Shown here piece by piece: positions 1-11,509 of a stretch of 64,000 nucleotides of DNA. The translations under genes and the position numbers were made by a program. The DNA comes from Tetramitus jugosus (lineage: Eukaryota > Protista > Heterolobosea), in assembly GCA_937625935.1 (NCBI GenBank), contig OW569348.1, positions 558,001 to 622,000 of the forward strand, written 5' to 3'. The stretch's first letter is position 1, and every line of letters starts with the position of its first letter. The notes below the pieces were generated by a model. That model made no database searches. It was not told the DNA's origin and saw nothing but the letters and a program-made list of their open reading frames with translations.

Positions 1-117
1 TGGTTGTTGTTTGATAAGAGGAGGAAGCAATAGAAGAAGAAGAAGAAGCAACACGTGTTAGTTCGTCCATACACACCAACATCTAAAAGTTCAAAATTTG
101 TTTGTTCAATGACATAC

Positions 118-578
118 CTGACTGACCAGCCGTATCCCACAAACTTAGAGAAATAGATTCATTGCCGTACAAGACGCAAGCAGAGTAATTATCGAACACT
201 GTTGGCACATACTCCTCAGGGAAGCTGTTTGTCTATTGTTGTTTGAATTCACAATTAAAAGCAAGAAGTGTTAATGAAGGCCTTGGCTCAGAGCAAAACA
301 ATTATTGTTATTGCTGTTGTGTTTGTTTTTTCAAATCATTCAAAAGTGTGTGATAGATGGTGGTACTGTGCTCTAGCACATTGCAGTGAAGAAAACCAAA
401 GGGCAACTCTCTCGTTCATGAGGTAATAGAGAAGTCGTGTATGCGTGAAAGTGATGAATTGAATTTAAATGTGTTGTGTGTGTGTGATGAGAGAGAGACA
501 TACAGTGTATGAGATGAGCAAACTAGTCTTACCAACGGCACCATCGCCGAGAACAACGCACTTAAGTGTTACTGACAT
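118..578 (-). CDS. Rho/Rac-family small GTPase, 5' part (exons 578-504 and 232-118; continues off the window start)
   Basis: Not in the ORF track. Hand translation gives [25 protein letters not shown] | [38 protein letters not shown], containing the G1 box, the effector motif YVPTVFDNY and the G3 box. Both introns start GTATGT (503, 117); the first ends TAG at 233. Confidence 0.95.
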
Positions 579-1038
579 ATTGTTATTGACTTTCTAGAAA
601 CGAGTTATTTTGTTCTTTGTTTACTTTTGTCCTCTCTTGCGCCTCTGATGGGAAAATACGGTGAGTGTCGTTCGTTTTTGTTTGTTGATGAGGACAAAAG
701 CCGCTCTCACAGATGTCACTCACTGACAGCTGACGGAAATAGTGGCGGATTGTAAAGCTTCATATTCATGATTTTTAGGAAACTCGGAGTAAAATACCAC
801 GGGGTTTTGTTTATTGAGCGTTCAATCAACACTGACGGACTTTTAGTGCAGACAAAGATAGAACAACGCTTGTTTCGACCTTGTTGGCGGCCATGTGGCA
901 TCACTGATTTGTTCTCTCGAAAAAAAAACATTTGTGATCAATCACAAAATCCAAACAAAAACTTCGAAAAAAAAAGCAAACATCATCACAACCATCGTCA
1001 CTTTCGCTTGAGCGCAACAAACGACAACAATAGACAGA

Positions 1039-3967
1039 ATGGAGCCATACAAGAAGGATGACGACGAGGAATTCTATACATTTCCATTTCAGAACTTGGA
1101 ACCAACATCCGTTCTGCAGGAATCCAGAGAATTTAACAATACGCCGATCAAAGCAAGACAATGTGTTTTGATTATTACGAAGCTGTTGTATGTTTTGGGT
1201 CAAGGAACACACTTTTCTAAATTGGAAGCTACAGATGTGTTCTTCAATTGCACAAAGCTTTTCATTACTGATGATGTGAGTATTGTTGTTGTTGTTGTTG
1301 TATTCTTATGATCATGACTATGAATTCCACACACCACAGATGATGCTAACACACGCTATGATTCTTCATTTTTAACGACAAATATTGATTCAATTGTCGA
1401 CAATTGTGATCATATATGTGACCTTATTTTCGTTGATAATGAACAGCCAAAATTGAAGCGTATGCTGTATTTGATTATTGCAGAATTGGCTGCAGACGCT
1501 GAGAATAGTTTTGCTGCTGCAAACAGTTTATTGAAGGCAATGAGCTCCAACACGGATGAACACAAGTCTCATGCCATTCGTACCTTGAGAAGAATCACTG
1601 ATGTATGTTATTTGTTGTTTGTTATGTGATTATTGTTATTGTTGTTGTTGTTGTTGTTGTGAGAAGATTTTGTTAACACGTATGGAATTTTCAACTTGAT
1701 TTTGTGATCAATAGGCCTCCATGTTTGGTGCAATGGACAGACATTTGAAGCAAGCAGTTGTCGATCAATCACCATCCGTTGCTTCTAGTGCTCTCATTTC
1801 TGGTTTGCACTTGAGTGATTCCAATTTGGATCTTGTCAAGAGATGGAGCAATGAAATTCAATCGGCTCTCAAGAACAGATATCACATGGTACAGTACCAC
1901 GCACTCGCTCTCATGTACAAGCTCAGATATCAAGATGCCTTGGCTGTTTCAAAGCTCGTTTCTTCCAATATTACCAACTTTAGATCGCCATTGGCTCACA
2001 CATTGCTCATCAAGTATGCATTGCGTGTGTTGAAACTGGAGACTAGCATGACTAGTGAACGAAGTGTCACAATTCTCAAATATTTGGACACTTGTTTGAC
2101 CTATAAGAATGATATGATTGTTCTGGAGGCAGCAAAGGCACTGTGTAGCCTCGATCAACTGACTTCCGAGGAGTTGACACCTGCTGTTTCTGCTCTGCAA
2201 TCATTCCTGGCCTCCATGAAGCCCGTTCAAAAGTTCTCGGCCATTAGAGTGTTGAACGATCTTGCAAACAAGTACCCTGTCCTTGTTTCCATGTGTAACA
2301 ATGAAATTGAAGCATTGGTGAGCGATTCGAACAGTCACACTGCCACTCTAGCCATTACTACTCTGCTAAAGGTCGGAAAAGAGTCCAATATCGATCGATT
2401 GATTAAGCAAATTTCTCAGTTTGTGACCGATGTGCCTGATGAGTTCCGTGTCGTTGTGGTGCAATCCATTCGTTCACTTTGTTTGCGATTCCCTTCCAAG
2501 CATCACGCTCTTTTGTCATTCTTGAGCAATGCATTGAGAGCTGAGGGCGGATACGATTACAAGAAGGCAATCGTAGAAGCTATTATTGAGTTGATTCAGA
2601 AGATACCAGAATCCAAGGAGGACGGCATCAGTTACTTGTGTGAATTTATTGAAGATTGCGAATTTACTCTTTTGTTGCAACAAGTTTTGCACTTTTTGGG
2701 ATCAGAGGCTCCAAAGAGCGAAAATCCAGCCAAGTGCATTCGTTTTGTCTACAATAGAATCATGCTCGAAAGCGCACCAGTGCGTGCTTCTGCAGTTATT
2801 ACCTTGGCAAAGTTTGCCGCTCAAGTTCCACATCTCAGACCTTCCATTGTCGATATTTTGAAGAGAATATTCAGTGATCAGGATGATGAGGTTAGAGATA
2901 GAGCTGTGTTCTTTGTCAGAGTGTTGGAGACTAATGATGAGAATTCTATTCATTCCTTGATTATTGAGGAGCTTCCTGTTGATGCTTTCTCGCTCGAACA
3001 AAGCTTAATCTCATATTTGAAGGATGAGGAACCACAGGCTGATTTTGATCTTTCTCAAGTTGTTGAGATTGAGAAGCATGAACCAGTTGCTGCGCAACAG
3101 AAGAGAGGAGTCAGTGCAACCAGTGCCACATCACCAACCGAACAAACAGAAACAGTTCAGGTTGCTGTCACCTCGTATGAGGAGACACTTGGTAAGATAC
3201 CTCAACTCTCAAGCTTGGGCAAGCCTTTCAAGAGCTGTGCTCCCGTGTATATCACCGAAGAGGACTCTGATTATGTTGTTACTGTTGTGAAGCATATTTA
3301 TCCAGAGAATATTGTTTTCCAATTCAACGTGGTCAACATGGTCGAATCGCAACAATTGGAGGCTGTGCATGTTGAAATGATTGAGTCTAATGACACTGAT
3401 TTGGAAGAACAATTCTTTGTTGAGGCCAACGCAATCTCTTACAACTCATCTGTTGCATCATTTGTATGCATGAAGAGAACTGCCCCAGACTCCTTCTCCT
3501 CTGTTGAATTCAAGAACATTTTGAGATTCCAGGTGCGATCTATTGATTCGGAAACAGGCGAGCCAGGAGATATTGATGTGGAAGATGAAGAAGAAGAATA
3601 TGATTTGCAAGAGTTCAGAGTCAACATTTCTGATTACATGAGAAAGGTGCCAGTGTCCTTCAAGGAAGAATGGGACAGATTAGACGGTGAAGAATACAGC
3701 GACACAGCACAATTTTCCTCCTCCAAGAACTTGCAGGAATGTGTAGATGAAGTGATCCAGCGAGTGGGTATAACTCCAATGAACGATGCCACCGTATCAA
3801 AGAAAGCCAACCACTCCCTGTACTTTAGTGGAAAGTTCACAAATGAAAAGACAATGTTGCTAGCTGTTCAATTGGCCATCAAGGATGATATCGCGATGAT
3901 CAAGGTTGCCTGCCGATCTGAAGATGAAGAAGTTAGAAATTGCGTAGCCCAGCTTTTGCTTCAATAA
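1039..3967 (+). CDS. COPG: Coatomer subunit gamma (exons 1039-1275, 1447-1602, 1715-3967; ~881 aa)
   Basis: Motifs VLQESREFN, LCEFIEDCEF, RFVYNRIMLE and DDEVRDRA. Introns GTGAGT..CAG (1276-1446) and GTATGT..TAG (1603-1714) join in frame. Confidence 0.96.
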
Positions 3968-4026
3968 GAGTTCAGCAATAAATTTGTACAAACCATAACA
4001 TCTGTTCCACTGATTGTTTTCCTGAT

Positions 4027-6360
4027 TTATTGCTTCATTTTGGCCAATTCTTCTTCACGTTTTGCCTCGAACATCTTCCATTTAGCGTAGTTCTCCTTGT
4101 CCAGGTTGTGCTCATTCTCGAGCTTGTTCATTCGTTGTTCCATTTCATCATTCGTCAACACAAGTTTGCCAGATTCAATATCAACCTGTTCCTCGCTAAA
4201 CTGCTTGGCCAATTTCCTGGATGCTTGATGGAGCAAGTTGTGACATTCGTCAATCTTCTCATCAAAGAGACTGCCATATGCCATTGAAATGTTGCATGCT
4301 TGCTCAAAGTTTCTCTTTGCTTCTTCAAACTTGTTGGTATCCAACTCGATTTTACCCATACCCATACAGACATCAGCGACATCAACATGGAATTCATGTG
4401 GGAATGCACTGTTGTATGCATCATAACTCTCCCGGAAGTATTCGTACGCAGTATTGACTTCCTTCAATGTGTACATAAAGTAGTTACCAAGATTCAACAA
4501 GGAGCTAGCAACGACGTAGTTGCTGATTGTTTCGCCGTTGACTGCAGGTTCGACAAGAGACTTACCCAAGTCGAGTGCCTTCTCAAACATGGCAATAGCT
4601 TCCAGTTTCTCTCCTCTCTTCTTATGCAGTAGAGCCAGTGCATTCATAATGAAAGCAGAGTCATATTTGAGAGACTTGAGTGCTTTAGACATGCTATTCT
4701 TTTCCTTGTCTCCGTAGAACATGTGAATGATAGCATTGTGAATGCTCAGAGATCTGCGGAAGTATTTCTCAGCAATCTTTAGGTGTGCGAGCAGTTGATT
4801 AGGGTCCTCTGTAGCCTTGACCTTCCAGTTCAGTGTTGCCAATGTCAGATAGCACTTGGCCATTTCAGTCCATCGACGAGACATGCGAGCAATGTCCATC
4901 TCACCTGCAGTCTTGATTGATTCGTCTCTGCTTTCACCAATTTGCTGCATGATTCTTCTTTCAACTTCCTCTGTGGCCTCTTGTTCACTCAAGATCATTT
5001 CGTCATCAATTGGTCTCTTTTCAAAGATGCTCAATGCTTGCTTTGTAAAGTCTTCTGATTGATCAAATTGACGTCTTTGACTGAACAGTACACCCAATGA
5101 GTACAAGAGACTGGCAACACGATCATCTTCATCACCAAATGCTAATTTAGCAAACTCAACAGCCTTCTTGAAGATAATTTCTGCTTCGTGAGCCTTTGAG
5201 TCCAAAATCTCAAACGTAACGTCCATTCCGTTGTAGAATCTGATGCATGCTGTACCCAGAGTCATGTACACCTTGACAAGAGCATCATACGCTTCAGGCG
5301 ATGCTGTCTCCATGAAAACAAACTGCAGTCTCTTCACTTCGGACAATGTGTGATAACAGCTGCGATATTGTTCCATCTCAAACTGAATATTACCCTTGTT
5401 GATCAATGTTTGAACATAGTCCAGTGGAATCGAAGTTTTTTCTTCATCTACAACTGAGATCTCATCAGGCACATCTTCAAACTCACCCAACTCCTCTTCA
5501 TCAACTGCATTGGCAGGCAGAGCAGTTCCCACCATTCCCTCCAGTTCCTTTCTTTCTTTTTCACGAATCTCCAGCACTTCTCTCTTGCTCACAATACCCT
5601 TTTGTCTCTCATAGGGCACACGTTTCATGACAAAGCATGATTCGTAGCTAATGGCTGCACTCGTGTGCGTATCCAAACCCTCCTGCATCATACCATTCTG
5701 CTTGTACATTGAACCCAGATTGTTCAACGACTTGGACACTGCATAGATTTGATCCGTGACTTGTTTCTTGTCTGCCTTGCTTGATGCCTTGAGTTCACTC
5801 AGAATGCTTGCTTCAATGTCGACCAGTGTCTTTTGAGTCTTGAGAGCTTCCTTGTGCTTGAACAGTTTGTTGAATTGCAGTTCGGCCAATAGGCGATAGG
5901 CATTGCTCGTGGATGCACCGGTTTTTCCATGAGCCAAATCACACTCCTCACACAGAATCTTGCAGTGCTTCTCAGCTCTTCTAAAGTCACCCAATTCACA
6001 GCACAATTGAACCAAATTCTCCAACAATTGAATCAGTTTGCTCGTGCTCAAATCATCTCTCTTGTTAAGGTACTGATCTTCGAGCTTCAAAATTTTGTCC
6101 TCCAATTGGCGCGCATTCTTGGGTGTGTATTTCTCCGCTTCCAAATAAAGTTGCATGAGTGGATCGAGAGAATGGATGCGTGTGGTAGAGAAGGAACGTG
6201 TCAATGACAATAGTGGGTTGGATGAGTGAGAATGATGACGATGAACGGATGACAATGATGATTGAGTGTGCAACAAATGTTGAGCAGCAGCTCTATTCAT
6301 CTTCTTTTGTGTTGACTGAAGGAACAGTGTTGATTTGCTTTGGTGGATCAATCTTCTCAT
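4027..6360 (-). CDS. TPR-repeat protein with possible mitochondrial presequence
   Basis: Repeated TPR-like helices (SLNNLGSMY, LYSLGVLF..QFDQSEDFTKQAL, LLNLGNYF). First ATG is at 6360; the ORF track start is a TTG. The N-terminus is R/S/L/H-rich and free of acidic residues. Confidence 0.75.
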   Translation of the reverse strand: MRRLIHQSKSTLFLQSTQKKMNRAAAQHLLHTQSSLSSVHRHHSHSSNPLLSLTRSFSTTRIHSLDPLMQLYLEAEKYTPKNARQLEDKILKLEDQYLNKRDDLSTSKLIQLLENLVQLCCELGDFRRAEKHCKILCEECDLAHGKTGASTSNAYRLLAELQFNKLFKHKEALKTQKTLVDIEASILSELKASSKADKKQVTDQIYAVSKSLNNLGSMYKQNGMMQEGLDTHTSAAISYESCFVMKRVPYERQKGIVSKREVLEIREKERKELEGMVGTALPANAVDEEELGEFEDVPDEISVVDEEKTSIPLDYVQTLINKGNIQFEMEQYRSCYHTLSEVKRLQFVFMETASPEAYDALVKVYMTLGTACIRFYNGMDVTFEILDSKAHEAEIIFKKAVEFAKLAFGDEDDRVASLLYSLGVLFSQRRQFDQSEDFTKQALSIFEKRPIDDEMILSEQEATEEVERRIMQQIGESRDESIKTAGEMDIARMSRRWTEMAKCYLTLATLNWKVKATEDPNQLLAHLKIAEKYFRRSLSIHNAIIHMFYGDKEKNSMSKALKSLKYDSAFIMNALALLHKKRGEKLEAIAMFEKALDLGKSLVEPAVNGETISNYVVASSLLNLGNYFMYTLKEVNTAYEYFRESYDAYNSAFPHEFHVDVADVCMGMGKIELDTNKFEEAKRNFEQACNISMAYGSLFDEKIDECHNLLHQASRKLAKQFSEEQVDIESGKLVLTNDEMEQRMNKLENEHNLDKENYAKWKMFEAKREEELAKMKQ

Positions 6361-6477
6361 TTTTTTTTGTGTTTGCAATAATCCCAGGATTGAATTTGCT
6401 GTTTTTGTTTTTTCACAGTTCGGGGTGTGGAGTTTTTCCTTTGTTCGTCCGGTGCGGAGTATTTTTATGTGCAGAGA

Positions 6478-8008
6478 CTATTCGAACAGGTCTGCCAATT
6501 GCTTAATGATGGGCATGGCATCTGGTGTGGAAAGAAACCGTAGAAATGGACCAGCACTCAAATATTTCCGGACTGTTTGTTGACCCTCCTCGAGGAACGA
6601 AAGCCTTGCCATTTCGTTGAATGATGATTGTATCCTTTGCTGCTGTTGCTGTGGTGTGGATTGAGTGACGGAACAGAAGGCTTCGAACCGCGACAGGAGG
6701 TGGGAATTGGAGCTGAGGCATGCCAACTCTCTCTTTGAATCTGGTTTGACAAACTCATTGTACACGAAGCGAACAAAGCCAGACAAATCCTCAAACGAGT
6801 GCCTCCCAGTTTCCACGATATCCAAAAATTGCAACAACTCTTCATTGTATTCCAACTGTAGATGAGTTCTAAATATTTTCCTAGCTTGTTCATTGGACAG
6901 AATATAGTTGAACACTTCGTCTTCTCGGTTCTGCTTGATCGCAAACATACTATCCTTCTGAGACCATTCATTAAACATGAAATTTGCAATCTTGAGCACA
7001 TAGGTTGGCTGTATTCTCTCAAATGCACCATAGGCATTTCGCTCTAGCACAGATCCTGTCCATTTGAAGCACGTAGAGCCATCTTGCTTCACCATCAATA
7101 CACCTGGTTGGCAAATGCCTTGTGAGTACTCGTTTGAGCTCTCTAATTGAAATCCGTTGGTGCTCTCAGGGTTACACTTCTTGAACAGAGTCACTAACCG
7201 TTCATATGTCTCCGTATCTTTCATTGTAATGTTCATGTGATAGAGTGTCGCCGCCATGTTTGTCGGATCGGAGCAAATATCAAACTCCAACTTCCATTCT
7301 CGAATCTCCTTCTTGACCAATTCTTCGCTCTGCGCACAAACACCAATCAATGAACCTCCAATGTGTTTCACATTCTGATGAATTGCATTGTATTCAATCA
7401 AGTTTTTTCCACAAAAGTCACACCTGTCGTACCAAAAAACAGAATACAATAAAACAAACATCAAATGGAGTGAGTGATGTGTGTTCAATGATAAATGTGA
7501 GAAACGAACGAAACGTCGATGAAAGCTTCTGAGACACATACCAATTTCCTCTATAAAATACTACAATTGTGAACTTGTTGTTTGATAATTGTCGAAATAG
7601 CTCTGATGTATCAATGACTCTTCCATAGGGATTCATGTACATTTGAAATAGTTGACCTAGACTTGTTGTTGTTGTTGATCCTCCATGACTTCTACTACTA
7701 TGACTGTTGTGTTGATTCATTGAATGATCATCCATGTCCATGTTATCATTATTATCACTACTCGTATTATTATTTTGAAACATGTAAATATTGTGATTAT
7801 TGCTCGAATACATGGAGCATGGATTAAAGAGAGAGCTGGAGGATGTTGATGGTGGCAGTGATAAATGGACCGAGTTGTAGTTGTTGTTGTTGCTGGTTTG
7901 ATCACCGAGAGAAAATCCGGTCAAATAATCGTTATCGTCCATCTCATCAGTGTGCTTGTTGTTCGTGGTGGTGGTGGTGCCATATGGGTGATTGTTGTTG
8001 AGATTCAT
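6478..8008 (-). CDS. AhpC/TSA-like (CxxC) redoxin domain fused to a C-terminal RGS domain (exons 8008-7542, 7423-6478)
   Basis: Removing intron 7541-7424 (GTATGT..CAG) creates VVFYRGNW-CDFC, followed by SDP and QPGVLMV redoxin motifs. The C-terminal IFRTHLQLEYNEELLQFL..VYNEFVKPDSKREL..FLRFLST resembles an RGS box. Confidence 0.8.
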
Positions 8009-8348
8009 ACGAATAAAATATGTCTTTGGTTTCAAAAATTGTTGGTGGTCTTTAAATGCTCTGGATGTGTTGGTTTTATTTTAGGTAACAATATCGTAGT
8101 GTGTTGTTGCTCGTGTTTGATCCTCGACCGAGTTGATTGATAGATGGGATATGAGCGAAGAATGTTTTTGGTTTCGGTTTGATTGTTGGATTGCTTGCTT
8201 GAATGTGGGCGTGTCAGGTTTCCGATGCATCGCTCTGTTTGACCCTTTGGTGATCAGGGCAATTCCCCAAAGGAGATACTGCGCAGGCTGTGGATTCATG
8301 CGTCAGAGCACAGGGAAACAGAAAAATAGAAAATGAGGATTTATAACC

Positions 8349-9386
8349 TTATAACTTTAGTCTTTTGGAATTGTTGGCACCAACATCCACATCATCATTC
8401 GAAGCATCCTCTTGTCCATTAGGTTGTTGCTCCACAGCTTGTCTCTTGTTCTGTTCCTTGTCATATTTGATGTAGTTCTCGCCCTTTCTGTGCGTAAACT
8501 TCAAATCTGGACGTTCCTTGTAATGATGCTGAATCAAATCATATTGATACGCATAAAAGAATAGCAAATCATCATACTCTCCACTGTACAACTCTTGTTG
8601 CTGCTCCTCTCCAACAGTACTCTTTAGCTTCAACTTGTTCATCTCGATTTGATACTCCTTGAAGAAATAGTAAATGGCTTCAATCGTTGCCAAGAATTCT
8701 TCGCCGTGCTGTTGATAACGCCAAAACTTTGTCTTTTGAGACGTAATCTTGCATCGAGTCAATTGAGACAATCTCTCATCTCTGAATATTCCCTTGCTCT
8801 GTTGCCATGTTGAATCAATGAACACCACATACTTGATCTCTTGTTCCTTGTTTAATGATGATGATGATGATGATGATTCAGTAGTACTAGTAGTTATGTT
8901 TTCACTGCTATGATGATTATTGTTGTTGTGATAAAAGCTATTTCTGCGAATGACTTCTTCCACTGTAATGGCATCTGCACTAGGGTACAATAGAACAGCA
9001 TTCGATGCATGATCAATCAACTCTTGTGGAATATCTGGGTACTCATAAATCTCAACAGAGTCCGGACACAGTACCTTGGCATGAATGGCAGTGCTCTTTC
9101 CCTTCTTCTCATTCTTGTGTTGAATCACAATTGTTTTGAGTGGTAAATGAAATTGTGGAATGGATGATGTTGTTGTTGTTGTTGTTGCTTCTTGTTCATT
9201 ATTGTTGGATGTTGTTTTTGTTGTTGTGTTTGGTAATGGTGTTTGACAGTGATAGCAAAAGAATTTGAAAGTCTTGTTGCATTTGGGACATGATGCTCTG
9301 GTCATTTGAGACAGAACAGAGTGTGGATCAACAGAGAACCTGAGGTCATTGAGATTGTTTGTGGTGCTTGATGCTGTTTGTTCCAT
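8349..9386 (-). CDS. DTWD1: tRNA-uridine aminocarboxypropyltransferase (DTW domain protein 1)
   Basis: CPKC..FCYHC zinc motif, KSTAIHAK, FIDSTW and FWRYQ..LATIEAIYYF. First ATG at 9386. Confidence 0.88.
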   Translation of the reverse strand: MEQTASSTTNNLNDLRFSVDPHSVLSQMTRASCPKCNKTFKFFCYHCQTPLPNTTTKTTSNNNEQEATTTTTTSSIPQFHLPLKTIVIQHKNEKKGKSTAIHAKVLCPDSVEIYEYPDIPQELIDHASNAVLLYPSADAITVEEVIRRNSFYHNNNNHHSSENITTSTTESSSSSSSLNKEQEIKYVVFIDSTWQQSKGIFRDERLSQLTRCKITSQKTKFWRYQQHGEEFLATIEAIYYFFKEYQIEMNKLKLKSTVGEEQQQELYSGEYDDLLFFYAYQYDLIQHHYKERPDLKFTHRKGENYIKYDKEQNKRQAVEQQPNGQEDASNDDVDVGANNSKRLKL

Positions 9387-9509
9387 CGTGATGTTATCAA
9401 GAAAAATAATAGGTCTTGTCGTTGAATTTGTGATGGTTAAGAAGCCAAGATGTGAAAAAAACAAGTTCAATTGGGGCGACGAAGCAGTGCGGAGTATTAA
9501 GGAGAAAAC

Positions 9510-11198
9510 ATGGAGTTTTGCTTCTCACATCCTCTTTTTGAGATGGGCTCACTATCAAAATACCCAAAAACAGAGCTAGCAGCAGACATGAAGGAATCTC
9601 TTGATCACACGCAACAAGAAGATTTTGAGAGAAATCTGGAACTACAAGAGGTTGATCTGAGTACCACCACTGGCGGTGATGACAGCATGACAACCACCCA
9701 GATGCAAAAGAATGAGGACGAGGGAGACATGAATTTGCAACAAGAGGCAGGAGAGTTGCACTCGATGACTGAAAAGTCGCACTTCAGATCTGATATTGTG
9801 AAAACGCTTCTATTGTGCTTTTCATTCATGTTGCTCGGACTTTCGGTGAGTGCATTGGGTCCTTCGCTGATTCGGCTGTCACAAAACACTGGGAAAACGG
9901 TGGAAATGATGGGTGTAGTGTTTACGATCCGAGGAATTGGATATGTAGCAACAGCAATCCTCGTAGGTCTCATTTTGGACAAGTTTTCAGTCTATTCAGA
10001 CACCCATGTGTTCGTTCCAAAGCATCCCGTGCTACTCTTTTTGTTGAAGAGAATGGAGAAAGGTATTGTGATTGTCGGAATGCTTCTCATGGCGTTAGGC
10101 ATGTTTCTGACGCCCTTGTTGAGAAGTTTTCCTCTCTTAGTTGTTGTAAACTTGATGATTGGTGTTGGATGTGGCCTGGTTGACTGTGTGTCCAATATTA
10201 TGTTGTGTTGGATCTGGGGTGATGCTGTTAATCCGTACATGCAAGCTCTCCACTTTTGTTTTGGTGTAGGTGCTTTCGTGTTCCCTTTGTTGTTGCAGAT
10301 TGCTGAAATAGTGTTTGACCCAACCAAGAATCGCAAAGAGACCAGGTTTTGGAACACTTTGACATTGTCCTATTACCCAACAGTGGTCCTAATGATATTT
10401 GGTGCTGTCTTATTCATGTTTTTCTCCTTTGAGAAATCAACTCCTGCAACAAAGAAGTTCGATTCAGATGGATCGCTTGTGGTACAAGATGATGATGCTA
10501 CTGCAACAACACCTGTTCACACTGAAGCAAGTGACGAAACACACGTGGCGCAAGATTATCCAATCGACGGTACACCACCCAGGAACAGAGTAGTGCAGTG
10601 GGTAAAATCACTCGACTGGAAACAAATTACTGTGTGTCTTCTAACCGGTGTTGCTCTTCTCTTCTATGTGGGCAGTGAAGTCGGATATGGTGGATTGATT
10701 TTTACATATGTTTCTCTAACGAGCAAGGATTTTGAGAAGACTGCTTCGTTGTTGACAAGCGCGTTCTGGTTGTCATTTACGATCGGAAGACTCATCTCCA
10801 TACCTATCAGCAAGTATGTCAGTGCAGTGGTGATGCTAGTTGCCGATCTAGCAATAACAATGCTTGGAGTGATTGTATTAGTTATTACTAGCAATAAGAT
10901 TGTCATTTGGATAGCTTCGGTGGTGATTGGATTTGCCATGGCAAGTCAATATCCAGCAACCTTGGCTCTGCCCACATCACACTTAAACATGAAAGTGAGT
11001 GGTGTCATGACATCTATAATGGTTGTTTGTGGCGCTCTTGGTGAAATGGTTATTCCTGCAATCATGGCTCGGTTCATTCCACAGCTCATGTACATTTTGT
11101 TGGGAGTTATCGGTGTTGCCACAGTCATTTATGCGGTGTTATTATTCGGTTTTAGACCTAACCCCTCTGGAGAGTCATCCAAGGACACAAAAACATAA
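9510..11198 (+). CDS. MFS transporter (MFSD4/fucose-permease-like, ~12 TM)
   Basis: Two bundles of about six hydrophobic helices around a hydrophilic loop. Motifs LGPSL, PYMQALHFCFGVGA, YVGSEVGYGG and FWLSFTIGRL. Start may be 9543. Confidence 0.88.
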   Translation: MEFCFSHPLFEMGSLSKYPKTELAADMKESLDHTQQEDFERNLELQEVDLSTTTGGDDSMTTTQMQKNEDEGDMNLQQEAGELHSMTEKSHFRSDIVKTLLLCFSFMLLGLSVSALGPSLIRLSQNTGKTVEMMGVVFTIRGIGYVATAILVGLILDKFSVYSDTHVFVPKHPVLLFLLKRMEKGIVIVGMLLMALGMFLTPLLRSFPLLVVVNLMIGVGCGLVDCVSNIMLCWIWGDAVNPYMQALHFCFGVGAFVFPLLLQIAEIVFDPTKNRKETRFWNTLTLSYYPTVVLMIFGAVLFMFFSFEKSTPATKKFDSDGSLVVQDDDATATTPVHTEASDETHVAQDYPIDGTPPRNRVVQWVKSLDWKQITVCLLTGVALLFYVGSEVGYGGLIFTYVSLTSKDFEKTASLLTSAFWLSFTIGRLISIPISKYVSAVVMLVADLAITMLGVIVLVITSNKIVIWIASVVIGFAMASQYPATLALPTSHLNMKVSGVMTSIMVVCGALGEMVIPAIMARFIPQLMYILLGVIGVATVIYAVLLFGFRPNPSGESSKDTKT

Positions 11199-11509
11199 AA
11201 TCTGTTGCTGACGATCGCTTTCTGTCCTTGTTTGCGCTGTAGTCTGGATTTTCGCTACCCTATCCGATGGTCTATTTTTTCGCGTAAACCGATTCGCGTA
11301 TCTTCATGGTCTGCTTCTGAGTTGAACTCATCAACAAACATCTCAAACGATCCAAATCCCAAAAAGAACTCACTGCTTTTGCCAGAGACGTCATAAATCT
11401 GTTTTCTCTGCCACTCACTCCCTGTAGAGAAAAAAAGAAGAACAACTCTAAACTACAGGCGACCGACGTCTAAACGACCGACCAGTGCGATATCACAAAC
11501 GAGTCGCCA

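Noticed and set aside
1391-1406. Perfect 16-bp palindrome CAATTGTCGACAATTG in COPG intron 1
   Set aside because: Isolated, with no second copy or element ends seen; compatible with chance.
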